This document shows, one piece after another, positions 1 to 13,087 of a DNA stretch of 64,000 nt. Position 1 is the first letter of the stretch, and each line of letters opens with the position of its first letter. The position numbers and the translations under genes were made by a program. Below the pieces are notes generated by a model that saw only the letters and a program-made list of their open reading frames with translations, searched no databases and was not told the origin of the DNA. This stretch comes from Azolla caroliniana (taxonomy: Eukaryota > Plantae > Polypodiophyta), in the NCBI GenBank assembly GCA_043228905.1, contig JBHGNT010000008.1, positions 15,252,001 through 15,316,000 of the forward strand, in the 5' to 3' direction.

Positions 1-1799
1 AGGCTCCTCGGCAATGGTACCGGAAGTTTGACTCCTTCATGACTAATCAAGGGTACCACAAGACGCAGGCCGATCACTTCGTATTTGTGAAGAATTTCGA
101 AGGTGGAGACTTCCTGATACTCCTATACGTGGATGACATGTTGATCGTTGGACGAGACCTAGTCAAGATACGGATGCTAAAGAAGGCTCTGAACCGGACC
201 TTCTCAATGAAAGACTTGGTTCCGGCAAGACAAATATTGGAGATGCATATCATCCGGGACCGGTCAAAGAAGCAATTGTGGTTATCACAGGAGAAGTACG
301 TGACAATGGTGCTTTAGCGGTTCAACATGTCAGATGCTAAACCGGTCGGATCGACACTCCCGAAAAACTGCAGGTTATCCGATAAGCAAAGCCCAAACAT
401 GAAGGCAGAGAAGGCGGATATGATTAAGATACCATATGTCTCTGCCGTCGGGAGCTTAATGTATGCAATGGTGTGTACCCGACCGGATATCAGATACGCA
501 GTCAGAGTGGTGAGCCGGTTCATGAGCAATCCCAGCAAGGACCACTAGAATGCAGTAAAATGGATACTACGGTACTTGAAAGGCACCTCAAGTATGTGTC
601 TCCGATTCGGCACCGGTAAACCCCAACTTGACGGTTTCGCCGATTCGAATATATTGGCTGATGCAGATACTAGCCGGTCAACATCCGGATACATCATGAC
701 ATATGCGGGGGGAGCTGTTTCGTGGTAGTTGATGCTGCATAAAACGGTTGCGTTGTCAACCACAAAAGCGGAGTACATGGTAGCTGTGGAAGCTAGCAAG
801 GAAATAATGTGGATGAAGGACTTCATCAGAGAGCTAGGGATCCGGTAAGAGGAATATCGGCTCTACTGCGACAGTCAAAGTGGCATCCACCTTGCGAAGA
901 ACGCATCGTATCATTCCAGGATGAAGCACATCCAACGGAGTTACCACTGGATTCGGGAGCGAGTGGAAGATCGAGAGTTCATGCTAACGAAGATCCACAC
1001 GGAGGAGAATGGGTCAGAGATATGCTGACCAAGATGCTGACACCCGACAAGTTGGACGCATGCCAGAAGCGGATCGGACTGACGAGGCATCCCATGTTGG
1101 AGTGAAGGGGGAGTTTTTTAGGATCTCGGTCCCTCCGGATGGGATGATGAAGGCCCGATGACAACCGGATGATGAAGGCTCGGTGAGAACCGAATGATGC
1201 AAACCCGGTGAGAACCGGATAATGAGTACCCGGCAAGGAAGAACTAGTGAGAACCGGATGTTGCAAGCCCGATTAGAACCTCTCACCGGATGAAGGGACA
1301 TATATGTAAATATGTTCTAGAGAGCCCATTGGGGGCTATATTTGTGAATAGCCCGAAAGTCATATTAGTATAAATATGACCTAGGGAAAACCCTTGGTAG
1401 TTGTTGTCATTATTTGTTGTATAGAGTTATTGGTGTAACTGTTGTACAGAGTGTAGCAGAGCGAAAGAGAGAGAGAAAGAGAGAGAGATAGAGTGTATCT
1501 CTGTTGTAACCGCCGCCATGCGAAGATTGTGAGCACGAGGTCGTTGCGTCTATGTTCCTCTGTTGTATTCCTCTGTTGTATTCCGCTGCCATAGTGATAG
1601 TTTGGAGCTTGTGGGCTCCCGGGTTTTTCCCATTTAGGGTTCTCCACGTAAACGTATTGTGTACTCTCTTTTCAGTGTTTCCTTTTATTTTTGTGTATAT
1701 GTGCATTTATCTCCACGTTCCCATTTTTGTGTTTGTAATTATCAACGAAGTAATCGAAGACTCGGTTGTGGCCGAGCATTATTCTACATATTCTCAACA
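1..1799 (+). mobile_element. Ty1/Copia element (Tnt1/Tork-like), degenerate 3' part: RT, RNase H, PPT, 3' LTR
   Basis: Fragments LLYVDDML, VGSLMYAMVCTRPDI and RNase H, with many stops. PPT gaagggggag at ~1104-1113. LTR ends ttctcaaca at 1799. Closely parallels 9500-11182. Confidence 0.93.
1116..1799 (+). repeat. Copia 3' LTR
   Basis: Follows the PPT, has a TATA (tataaat ~1370), is homologous to LTR 10600-11182 and ends in CA. Confidence 0.85.
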
Positions 1800-4700
1800 T
1801 TCATGAGGGGTTAGAGTTTCATCAGTCCCATGGTTGTACTTAAAGGGAGGTAGGTTATTAATTTCTACGTCATTTGCAAGAAACCAACTCAACACAGTGC
1901 TATACCAAGAGGTAGTGTCTCCAGACGCATGTAGGGATCGGGATGTCTCAAAGGCTCGACGGGATATCCTATCTTATGGTTGGCTATGTATCCAATGAGT
2001 AAAAACTACCATTTGAAAAAGTGATTCTACTAACATCGGGGACAGACTGAACTTTGCTCTAATAATGTCATGCGGTACTATTGATTGGCTTCGGAGTTGA
2101 TGTGATAACATCATCACCAAAGGTCTCTCTAATTGCATCCACATGAAAGATGGTAGACCCGGTGCCCATACTACTGATGCATACATGAGGGAAGGGGTCA
2201 CTAATATGAGTCGAAGAGCCATCCCTAGTCTGTGGCTCTTGAAAGTATGTATGGTCGCATTGTCTCTCTAAGAGTAAGAGGGATGCATACCCTCTCGTTA
2301 GCCTATCTTTGGCTGCCTGGGTCATTGAGAATTTACATGAGCGAGCACTAAAAGTGACTCCCAACTATACATATGATCCAACAACCTCAACTAGTTTATG
2401 GGAGAGGATTAGGTGACATTTACTCCTAACTCGGGACGATGTATGAAAGATAAGAACTTTAGTTTTCGCTAGATTCACTACCAGTCCTCGTTGTGTACAA
2501 AAGTCATCTAGGGCATTAAGATGCTTTTGAAGGTCGTGTTCCAACTCCGAGAGCAAGATAATGTCGTCTGCGTAGAGTAAGAGACTAACTTGCGTATCCC
2601 CAATAGCTACTCCCTTGCCTCCCTTACGAGCAATAAAATCAATAATCTCATCAATGTAGCTCCCAAAAAGAGTCGGTGATACGGGGAAACCCTTTTTTAC
2701 ACAAATGGTGCTAGTGAAACAATCAGATAGGCCACCTGGGCATCTTACACACCCAGAGACTTGCTCATATAGGGCATAAATGGCCAGATCATGTCATTTC
2801 GTATCTCCAAGCTCTTAAGTCTATCAAACAACCTCTCCCTAGGAACTGTGTCAAAGGCTTTGCAGAAGTCCACAAAGCAATAGTATAGTTTCTTCTTACG
2901 AGCCTTCGTCTAGTCAATTAAGCACCTATGTGTGAAGATATGGTCAATAGTGGAGAAGGCTCATCTAAAGCCAGCCTGCTCATCTGCTCGAAGACTTAAT
3001 GTTTCCATATAATCGCTAAGCTCCGCTTCCATTACCGCACCATATAGTTTAGCGAGCATATGGCCTATCATAATGGTCCTATATGTATTTGGGTCCATTG
3101 GGTCCCCTCCTTTATGTATAAGGGCCATTGTGTTCATGGTCCATTGTGGTGTAAAACCCTTGGGGAGGGCGCGGTTGAAGATTAGAGTGAAAAAGGGGGC
3201 TAGGCACTCGTGAGCATATATGATGTGCTTGGCTCGCAATCTTGTGTGGTCCATAGATTTCCTATGTTGTAATTTTTTTATGACCTTCATAACCCTAGAG
3301 GTTGTGAGAAGTGTCCCCATGGTAGGTTGAGGTGTGGAAGGCATTGGAATGGGTGGTTGGTTCGGGACATGGTAGAGTCTCTCAATATATGTGTGCCAAA
3401 TATTGGGATCCTCGATGGGTGTTTGTGGTCGCGGTTCCCATAGTCTCTTCCATGCAAAGGCGCAATCCCTACCCATGAGCATATGGTAGAGTTCCCAATA
3501 TTGAGATGTTTCCCAAGCTCACCTTTTACGACGTGTCATCTTGCGCATCTCTTTACGAGCATGTACTGAGGAAATAGTACCACTAAGTCGCGATAGTTTA
3601 AGTTGTCTATGAAATTTTCTACAATCCTCATCATACCACTTGTTCTGTGGCATAGACCCTATTCTACTATGATTAGAGTGTTTTTTGTATGGAAGCTACT
3701 AATTGTTGTTGAGTGAAGGATGTGTGTGAGTTTTGTAGTGAGATTCTCTAAAGGCAAGGAAGAATCAAAAGAGGAGAGATGGACTTGAACATGTCAGGAG
3801 TAGATGTCAGCGAGCTCATGCGTGATTAGTATTATGGTATGATGGTTTGGTTGACTAGAGTTGGTGGCGTGGGAGGTGTCACATTTTAGCTCAAAGTATA
3901 AGAAGCTATGAGCTGCACCAATGGGGCATGGGCCCACCCATTGGAGTTAGGTAATCAACTCTGCTTTCCCTATTAACTGTGTGGGTAGCTTCAGGGCGTC
4001 CTATTAGGTAATAAACTCTGCTTTCCCTTCCTCCATGTGGGAAACATTTGAGCTCTTCCGAGCTCAGCCACTTGGCTAAGCCATTATATATGATCATCTA
4101 GTTTCTGCTTCCAAGTTCAAGCAGATGATGGCCAAAGCTTGTGGTGTCCACACCTTGATCCTTTGATGTACGTGTTATGTCTAAGACTAAAGGGTCAACA
4201 CTCACCATTTCTAGGTTTCTATCGATTTGAAATATTGTGCATTGTCGGGATTGGGTCTCACATTGAAATCTCCTACAAGGAAGACTTCCCCTTGAGAAGA
4301 ATATCGAATTATGACATTCGATAAAGGTTCGTATGGAGAAGGTCCATGTGGCATTCCTTCATCAACTATACTCGCCTCTCCAGCCATATTATATTGGCAC
4401 CCTTTCGGGGGGAAGTAACAAACGATGATAAATATCGCCTGATCCTTGCTAGTGAGAACTTTCACCCACATAAAACGGGCTTCGGGGTCTGTCTTCAGTA
4501 TTTCTATCCTATTATGTATCTCTCTCTAAAATAGTATCGCAACCCCTCCAGACCCTCTAGTAGTGTGTTGACGTGAGGTTTGTCTAAAGACATATTCCCA
4601 ACGAAAACCGTCAACTCGTGGCAGTCCTCGATTTGGACTCTGATGTGTTTCTACTAAAAAAAGTATGTCAAATACCTTCAAAATCTTCTCTAGACGGCCA

Positions 4701-5600
4701 GGGTGTGTCCAAAGTGCACCGTTACAATTCCATAAAGTCATCCTAAGTTTATTGTATGTCACATGGGCCACACTCCGTCAATTGGTTGCGCGATCATTTA
4801 TTATCACACGTCCGTCTCGGTAAAAAGCATGATGCCCCTCTTTACAAGCTTGTATGACTCGCAGCATACAAGTTTTTTGATGCTCAATTTGCATATTAGT
4901 CAGGTATTCATCGAGGTGAATAGGGTCCCCGCCCAATCCTCGAAGAATTGGTCTCTTTTAAAAAAATGTGATTCTACATTCTGAGTTCTTAAACTGAAGG
5001 ACCAAAGCTCTTTTCCTAGTGGTGTCACAATCTAGCCTCCAAGTTTTAGTGATTGGTAGGGCTTCGTACCCCAACATTTTGCCTAATGTTTGTGCATCTT
5101 CATTAGGAGATGCCCCTTCCTTGAGCCCAGTAACTCGTACATTTAGGCGTCGAGCTTGATGCATTTTTTCCCCCTCGAGGGTAGTGTTTACCATATTTTC
5201 ATTCTTTAGTTCCATTTTAATATTACGTTTACTACATCAACCCACCCAGTTTTTGTTAATTCCATATCACTTTTAACCTCTTCCTTAACCTTTTTTATCT
5301 TCTCCTTAATATCCTGTAGCGAAGATATTTCACTATCATCCCTAGATGTCTCAAGGTCCTTAACTTTTTTCTGAAGGTTCGTGTTGTCTACTTTAAGTTT
5401 GGTTATTTCAGCAATAAGCAATTCTTTTACTTCCTCATCTTTTTGTTTTTCAACTTCAATCTCTTTCGCCCATTTTTCTATTTTAACTAAACAGTTAAGG
5501 ACATCTAAAAATTCTTCCTTACTTATAATTTCTTCCCGTGTTTCCTTAAGGTGTCTTGAAGTCATGTTGTATTTTAAAAGATAAAAGAAAGAAAAGACAA
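1800..5600 (-). mobile_element. Degenerate LINE (non-LTR retrotransposon): coiled-coil ORF1 plus APE endonuclease/RT ORF2
   Basis: 4526-4771 gives LWNCNG..FLVETH..GSGGVAIL and 4211-4471 gives LVGDFN (APE endonuclease). 2961-3482 gives IHKGGDPMDPNTYRTIM..EQAGFR, and YADD occurs at ~2565 (RT). 4958-5565 is a coiled-coil ORF1. The 3' part is cut by the Copia LTR at 1799. Confidence 0.9.
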
Positions 5601-5916
5601 AAATGACAAAAAACTTAGCCGAGCATCGGTGCCTTGCGTGCTAGGTACAAGTGTAGAAGCACATTTATACTCTCTCGTTTATCAACCGACGACGTCGTTA
5701 GAAGTGTAGGTGATAGCGGCGGTTGACAACGACAACAATGGCAACAAATACAAACCAAAAAATGGTGGTAGCAAACGACGACAACGACGTTAGATGGCGG
5801 TGGAATCAGCGGCGATGACAGATGGCGGCGATGGCAGCAACTACGGCTACGACGACGGTGATGCCGGCAGGCGACAAAAAGAGCCGTTGGCAGTAGCATT
5901 GTAGAGAACAGAGCAA

Positions 5917-5919
<3 letters not shown>

Positions 5920-5982
<63 letters not shown>

Positions 5983-6002
5983 TAGAGAGAGAGAGAGAGA
6001 GA
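5920..6002. repeat. (GA)n/(GACA)n microsatellite
   Basis: Directly visible in the sequence. Confidence 0.97.
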
Positions 6003-6199
6003 TATTATATTATCGTCTTCGGAGGTCAAATATGACCTATGAGAGCAAAAATATTACATTTCATGTGATACGTGTGAAAGTGAGTAGAAACTCTCAATGT
6101 TGAAGAACTTTACCAATGATTGTTGCAATTGAGAGTGCACATTGTGGTTGTGAGAGAAATTCATGCGAGTATTGGGCTTAGTCAAAGAGATGTGGAAAG

Positions 6200-7280
6200 C
6201 ATGGTCGGATATGATCAAAGGCAGAGCATTGTATCAAAGTGTGATACTTAGACTCTCAAACTTTTTTAGGGAAAAGTGTGCATAACCGGTCACTCTCATC
6301 ACTTGTGCCACAACACCCCATCTCACATCGCAATTCATGTCAGCTAAGTTACATGGAAGCAATGGTTCGAATGGTAGATAACAGGATGGGCTCTAACATC
6401 TATCAATGTGTACGATTTCTCTATTCCGCAAAGAATATGGTTTTGTAGTTACGTGCAACATGTGTAGTATAATGTGTGAAACATGAGCCTCCACATCTAT
6501 CCCATGTCATGATATATTAGGTTGCAAAAAGGCCTCATTTACAAAGGAATCTAGTGATGCATCATGAAGCATGTGTCTTCTATCTCATCTACCAAACCAT
6601 TTTTCCATATCTTGCATTCAACCGGAACACAAAATTTTGCTTTTATGTGTCTTCTGGATCTTTCTGCTTGCTTTCCATGCGATTCTATGAAGTCGATGTC
6701 AGGGACTTTTTTGAACCTTAAGCATGCATTCAACAACCCTTTCCATGGCCATGATCTCAATGGGAGGCAATCCTGTCTCAAGGAGGAGGTTGAGGGCGTT
6801 TGTTTCTTAACTTGTTGAAACTTTGTAAGAAAATGTTTTTAGACATTTCCAACCACATAGATTTAGGGATGCTATCACGCCATACTTCCACCCCATAGAG
6901 AAGAATGAGTGTCACCAAAGTGAGGACCCAACGCTTAATATCTCCAAGATTGCACGTGTTCTCAAATGCATAGTATGCTCGCTTACCCACCTCTAAGCAA
7001 CGTGTAGCAGATCCATATATGATTTAAAGGAACTTCAAGGCCAAAATATTTGAAGCTTTCCACAAATTCAAGTGACTCAATGTTGTACACAATACATGCT
7101 TTATCTCTTTTTTGGCTCTTCACAAGCATAATCTTTGTTTTAGAGCTATTGACACTTAATTTAGTATGCATGCAAAAAAATTCCAATGCCTTCATAAGCT
7201 TTTGTGAATCTCCTAAAATATTTGCAAAAAGCACTACATCATCCGCATATAGCAAAAGCATAATGACAACATTCCCAATG
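6200..7280 (-). mobile_element. Second LINE fragment (RT C-terminal half); boundaries approximate
   Basis: LLLYADDVVLF..VNSSKTKIML..VESFKYFG and LLYGVEVW in ORFs 6983-7345 and 6778-6990. Confidence 0.85.
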
Positions 7281-10200
7281 GAAAATGAATTGTCGGCATT
7301 TCCGGAAAGACAAGGGAACCGATAGTACCGATTCAAAGAAGTCACTGGACCGAAACGGTTCGGATCGGCGAGGCTCAGACCGGAAGGAAATGACGGCGAT
7401 CACGGCAAGTAAAGAGGAATTAATGCTCATCACCGAGGAGAGTGAGTTGAACCTTGACAGGGACGAGACAATGTGGGTTGTCGAGTCTGGAGCGTCGCTC
7501 CACCTTACCCCGAATTGGAATTGTTTCTCATCCTACACAATCAGTGAGCACGACTGTGTTTGGATGGGGAATGAAGGAACATGTCGAATTCTCGGCATAA
7601 GAGACGTGGGTTGATGACACCAACTAGATGCAAGTTGTTGTTGAAGGATGCCCAACACATTTCGGAGGTTCGACTGAACACGTTTCGGTCGGCTAGATGA
7701 TGAAGGCTACACAGGTAGCATCCGGAACGGAGTAATGAAGTTCAGCAAGGGACGCTTGATAGTGGCTTGAGACTGGAAGATCAACACATTGTACTTGATG
7801 AATGCCCGGATATGTCGGGAAGAAGTGGACGTAGCATTCGACACTGCCGGTGAGCTGTGGCACAAAAGATTGTGTCACATGAGTGAGACGGGGATGAAGA
7901 GGCTTGCCGAAGACAACCTCATTCCGGTGAAGGACGTGCAGCTTGAGAAGTGCACCGATTGCTTGGCCAGAAAACAAAACCGAACCTCCTTCCGGTCAAA
8001 ACCACCGATGAGACGGAATGCACCACTGTAGTTGGTGCATATCCATGTGTGTCAAGTGGAGACGAAGTCACATGCCGGATCGCAGTACTCTGTGACGTTC
8101 ATAGATGACCACAGCTGGAAGCTATGGGTCTCACTATTGAAGACGAAGGATCAGGTGCTACCCGTCTTCAAGGAGCTCCACGCGAGAGTGGAAAGAGAAA
8201 TCGACCGGAAGTTGAAGGCAGTTCGAGCAGATAACGGAGGAGAATACCGGGGGCAGTTCGAGGAGTACTGCCGGTCGAAGGGAATTCGGCTCGAGTTTAC
8301 TGTGCCGAAGATGCCGGAACTAAATAGGCTGACCAAAATGATGAACCAGACCATAATGGAGAGAGTCCGGAGCATGCTAGTACATGCAAAGTTACCGAAG
8401 ATGTTTTGGACTGAGGCGCTGGCAACGATGACCTATGTGATAAATAGATCACCCTCAGCACCCTTGGAAGGAGACTCACCTCAGAAAGTATGGACCGGTA
8501 AAGATGTATCTTACCGGCATCTGAAGGTGTTCGAGTGTCTCACATATGTGCATGTTGCAAAGGACAAGAGAACAAAGCTAGATCTGAAGTCTAGGCCATG
8601 CATATTCCTTGGATACTGCGATGATGAGTTCGGTTACCGGGTGTGGGATCTGGTCGACAAGAAGGTGTTCCGGAGTTGGGACATAGTCTTCATGGAAGAC
8701 CAGACCATTGTTGACTGGGAGTCAGAGAAGGTGATGAATTCCGGATCATTCATTGAAAACCGGCTTGAGGACACAAGGACGTACCCGGTTGAAAACCGGA
8801 TGCTAGCCGGTAACCGGATGACACTCGACGAACTGGCCGGATATGGATATGAAACCGAACCAAGCGAAGAAGAAGAAGAAGAAGACACCGGAACCGGACA
8901 AGATCTCGAATCGGATGAGGATGAGGAAAAAACGGAGGAACCGGCAATAAAAAACCAGGGACGGAGATATCCTCTTCGAGATAGAAGAGCCCCCCAGAGA
9001 TTTCCGGATGCAAAGCATGTGTTGCTAGCCGATGAGGGGGAGCCGGAAAGCTTCGAAGAAGCAAAGAGTGACACCCACAGCTATAAGTGGTTGAGTGCCA
9101 TGCAAGATGAGATGGATTGCTTGCATGAGAAATACACATATGAACTGACGTAATTGCTGAAAGGGAAGAGAGCACTCCGGAACAAGTGGGTGTACAAGTT
9201 GAAACCAGGAGATGCCGGAAATCCACCCAAGTACAAGGCCCGAATCATGGTGAAGGGCTTCCAACAGAAGAAAGGAGTGGATTTCGATGAGATCTTTGCC
9301 CCAGTAGTAAAGATGACATCCATCCGAACGGTATTGGGCATAGTGTCAAGCATGGACCTCGAGGTAGAGCAATTGGACATCAAGACGACATTCCTACACG
9401 AAGATCTCGAAGAAGAGATCTACATGCATCAACCGGAAGGATTTGAGAGGAAAGGGAAGGAGCACCTGGTGTGTCGGCTGAAGAAGAGCCTATACGGACT
9501 GAAGCAAGCCCCCCGGCAATGGTACCGGAAGTTCGACTCCTTCATGAACGACGAAGGGTACCACAAGACGCAAGCTGATCACTACGTGTTTGTGAAGAAG
9601 TTTGACGGAGGAGACTTCCTGATACTCCTATATGTGGATGATATGATAATTGTCGGACGAGACCAAGTCAAGATTCGGATGCTAAAGAAGGCTCTGAACC
9701 GGACCTTCTGAATGAAAGACTTGGGGCCACCAAAACAGATATTGGGAATGCACATCATCCGAGACTAGTCACAAGAGAAGTACGTGACAAAGGTGCTTCA
9801 ACGGTTCAACATGTCAAATGTGAAACCGGTCGGATCAACACTTCCGGCAAAACTGCAAGCTATCCCGAAAACAAAGCCCGAGGACAAAGGTGGAGAAGAC
9901 GGATATGATGCATATACCATATGCCTCTGCCGTCGGGACCTTGATGTACGCGATGGTATGTACCCAGTCGGATATCAGATATGCAGTCGGAGTGGTGAGC
10001 TAGTTCATGAGCAAGCCAGACAAAGAGCATTGGAACGTGGTCAAGTGGATACTCCGGTATCTGAAAGGCACTACAAGTATATGTCTCCGGTTCGGCTCCG
10101 GTAATCCCCAACTTGATATATTCACGGATTCGGATATGTCGGCTGATGCGGATACTAGCCGGTTTACATCCGGATATGTCATGACCTATGCAGGGGTAGC

Positions 10201-11182
10201 TGTTTCCTGGCAATCAAGGTTGTAGAAGACGGTTGTATTGTCAACCATGGAGGCACATTACATGACAGTTGTGGAAGCCGGCAAGGAGATAATCTGGATG
10301 AAGGACCTCATCGGAGAGCTAGGGATCCAACAAGAGGAATATCGACTCTACTGCGACAGTCAAAGTGCCATCCACCTTGCAAAGAACATGGCCTACCATT
10401 CCCCGGATGAAACATATCTAGCAGAGGTACCACTGGATCCGAGAGAGAGTAGAAGATCAAGAGTTCATGCTAACGAAGATCCACACGGAGGAGAACAAGT
10501 CGGACATGCTGACCAAGGTCCTGACAACCGACATGCTGCACTTGTGCCGAAAGCAGATCGGGTTGACAAGATATCCCATGCCGTAGTGAAGGGGGAGATT
10601 GTTGGGAAATCGGTGCCTCCGGATGGAATCCAGTGATGAATGAAGAAGACCCGGTGAGAACCGGAAGAGATCCGGAAACTGGAGGAGACCTGGTGAGAAT
10701 TGGAATAGAGCCGGTAAGACCGGAAGAGAGAAGACATATCTGTAAATATGTTTCGAGTAAGCCTGTTGAGGCTATATTTGTAAATAGCCCTAAGTTCATA
10801 TAATATAAATATGACTTAGGGCAATCACTTTAGATGTGTTTTTTTTGTAAGGTTGTTGATATTGTTGTAGGTGCATAACTACTGTATAGAGAGTGATAGA
10901 GAGCGACAGAGAGAGAGAGAGTGTGTGAGTGAGATGCAGAGAAATACTCTATTGTAACCACCGGTTGGCAAAGAAACAGAGCTCGACGTTGTTGCCTCTG
11001 AGTCTCTGATTTTACCCTCTTTTCTTCATAGTGATTGTTGGAGTTTGTGGGCTCCCGTGGTTTTTCCCATTCAAGGTTTTCCACGTAAACATCCTGCGTC
11101 ATTTCTGTGTACTCTCTCGTTCTTTCCATTTCTGTTATTCAATACTCGGTTGTGGCCGAGCAATATTACGCGATTCTCAACA
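7281..11182 (+). mobile_element. 5'-truncated Ty1/Copia (Tnt1/Tork-like): end of gag, PR, INT, RT, RH, 3' LTR
   Basis: WVVESGAS (protease), LWHKRLCH (pre-integrase), ADNGGEY (integrase), YKARIMVKGF/YVDD (RT). PPT at 10588-10598. LTR is TGTTGGG...TCAACA. Multiple stops. Confidence 0.95.
10600..11182 (+). repeat. Copia 3' LTR
   Basis: TG...CA ends, immediately after the PPT gaagggggaga. Confidence 0.9.
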
Positions 11183-11992
11183 CTCCATTAGTGCTTGGTC
11201 ATCCCAAGGGATATCGGAAGCGAGTAGGCGGAAATCTGCAACATATGCGGAGGCTGGACGATCACCTTGATGTAATCGTCGGATTTTGTTAATTGTTGTC
11301 CTTATGCTATCAGTATCTCCAAACAGGCTTTAAACTCACTTAAAAACTCTTCAAAATTGTTTAGTAAAGGAGAATCTAATTCCTTTTCTAACAACGGAGC
11401 GAACCATGCCAAAGCTGAGCCACTTAACAATGTGCCTACTAAACCCATTCATGATGCGTCAGTGGGATATCGGGAAGGATGCATTTAAATGACTAATGGT
11501 ACTTGATTAAGGAATCTTGTAAACTGTGATCGCGTTCCATCGAATTTCATGGGAAGGCCGATCTTAGATTCTTTATGAATCCCTTGCGTACTGGATCCTT
11601 GTTGTTGCATCGCCACTATGGTTGCTTCGAGTTGTTGCACGCATACCGCTAGTTCCCCATGTTGTTGTTGCGTCTACTGCTTTTCTAAGGAGATTTGTTG
11701 AAGATCCCCCAACACCCGTTGATTTTCTTGTTCCAAAGGAACTTCTCTTTCAAGCATTGCAGCTCCGAGAAACGGATTGATATTCTTGAGCGCTAACGAT
11801 GTCCATAGGATGAGAGGAAAGAGGAACAAGATATTAGTATGAAGGGAGGGAAATGTAAGAAGATAAAAGGAAGATGAGGAAAAAGGTGGAAATCGGTTCA
11901 AACTGTCAGGAACAATATTAAGATAGAAGGAATTAGTACTAAAAGATGAGGATTAGTACTAAGAGAGGTGTAGAACTCTCGAGAGAAGGAAA

Positions 11993-12030
<38 letters not shown>

Positions 12031-12380
12031 TGATAACAAAAGATATATATTATGTAAAGAGAATATATAGTAGTAGATAGGAGGCTTAAGACTGGCGTTG
12101 AACCGATTTGGTTTGAAATCATGCCTTGTGCCTCCTTTTATAGTGTTCTCAGGAGTACTCTTGAAGTTTCTAGAATGTTCTAGAGAAATCTGGAATACAC
12201 AGCAATTTTCTATAGTAAAACTTAAAACAAGCTTCCACGTACATCTTATGAAATAATATATAAACTAAAATAATAATATTATTATCATATAATTTGTAGT
12301 AGCTTATTGGTTAAGGTTTATAAATATATAGAGTGAGGTGTAGAGTTCAAGTCTCCTTTCATTTTTGTGTCAAAGGAAAT
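11183..12380 (-). mobile_element. Chromovirus (Tcn1/Tf1-like) Gypsy fragment: 5' LTR (~11904-12380), self-priming site and gag N-terminus
   Basis: Minus-strand translation gives KIGLPMKFDGTRSQF..HPSRYPTDAS..GLVGTLLSGSALAWFAPLLE (Tcn1/PEG10-like gag). A 12-nt inverted repeat lies at 11890-11901/12098-12109. Minus-strand TATA at ~12140. The outer LTR boundary is uncertain. Confidence 0.8.
12300..12356 (+). promoter_or_regulatory. tRNA-like A/B-box module in an LTR
   Basis: A-like tagcttattgg at 12300-12310; B-like agttcaagtct at 12344-12354. Confidence 0.55.
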
Positions 12381-12389
12381 ACCAAAAAG

Positions 12390-12939
12390 CATGTAATGTT
12401 AAAATAAGCTCCTCTTTCCTCTATAAGAGAGGAGGTATAGGGCTTATTTGGGGGTCAACTATTTCGTCTTCTAGGAGTGTACCACCAGGGTTTCATCTTC
12501 TCTTCGTCTTCTTGATTTTAGGGTTTGGTAGCCTCACTTTCTCCTTATCCCTTTTTCCTTCTTCTTTTCCTTCTAGGGTTAGGGTTTGAGAGCTTCTTCT
12601 TTCTACTTTTCTTCTCTTCTCCTCAACATACTAGAGAAGTTAGGATTTTAGGGTTTGAGATTTTTGCTTCTATTATACTTCTTACTCGAGATATTTTAGG
12701 GCTTCTATTCCTTATACATCAACTTCTTCGGCATCTAGGTGGTAGTCAACTCAGTAGCCGATGGCGTAAGGGAGGTTGTAGTGGCACGAGAGCTACTCCA
12801 AATCAAGGCAATATAGACATCGGTAGTAATCAGACTCAAAGCCCACTAGACTCGCCTTCGTTAGTTCATTTTAGCCCGTTTGGTTGATTTATAACCGATT
12901 ATTGTAATAACCACCGAAATCGTGGTGTCAAGCCTAACA
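12390..12939 (+). repeat. Probable LTR fragment of another family
   Basis: TATA-like ctataag at 12421 followed by CT-rich, TAGGGTT-containing sequence, ending ..aaca. No second copy in the window. Confidence 0.4.
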
Positions 12940-13087
12940 CTTGTAAAAAAATAAAAATAAAAACCCTAATTTATATCAAAACTTATGTATATTTCCCAAT
13001 GTCTTTGTCTTAATCTCCCACTTCCTCACTACTTTTGTCTCCCCGGTCCAAGGCCCCGACGATCCCGTTCCAGCGACACCCACATGT

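Noticed and set aside
5615-6029. Host protein-coding ORFs
   Set aside because: These are artefacts of GA microsatellite and low-complexity sequence.
12510-12705. Telomeric repeat tract
   Set aside because: The TTTAGGG/TTAGGG units are scattered in LTR-like sequence rather than forming a long tandem array.
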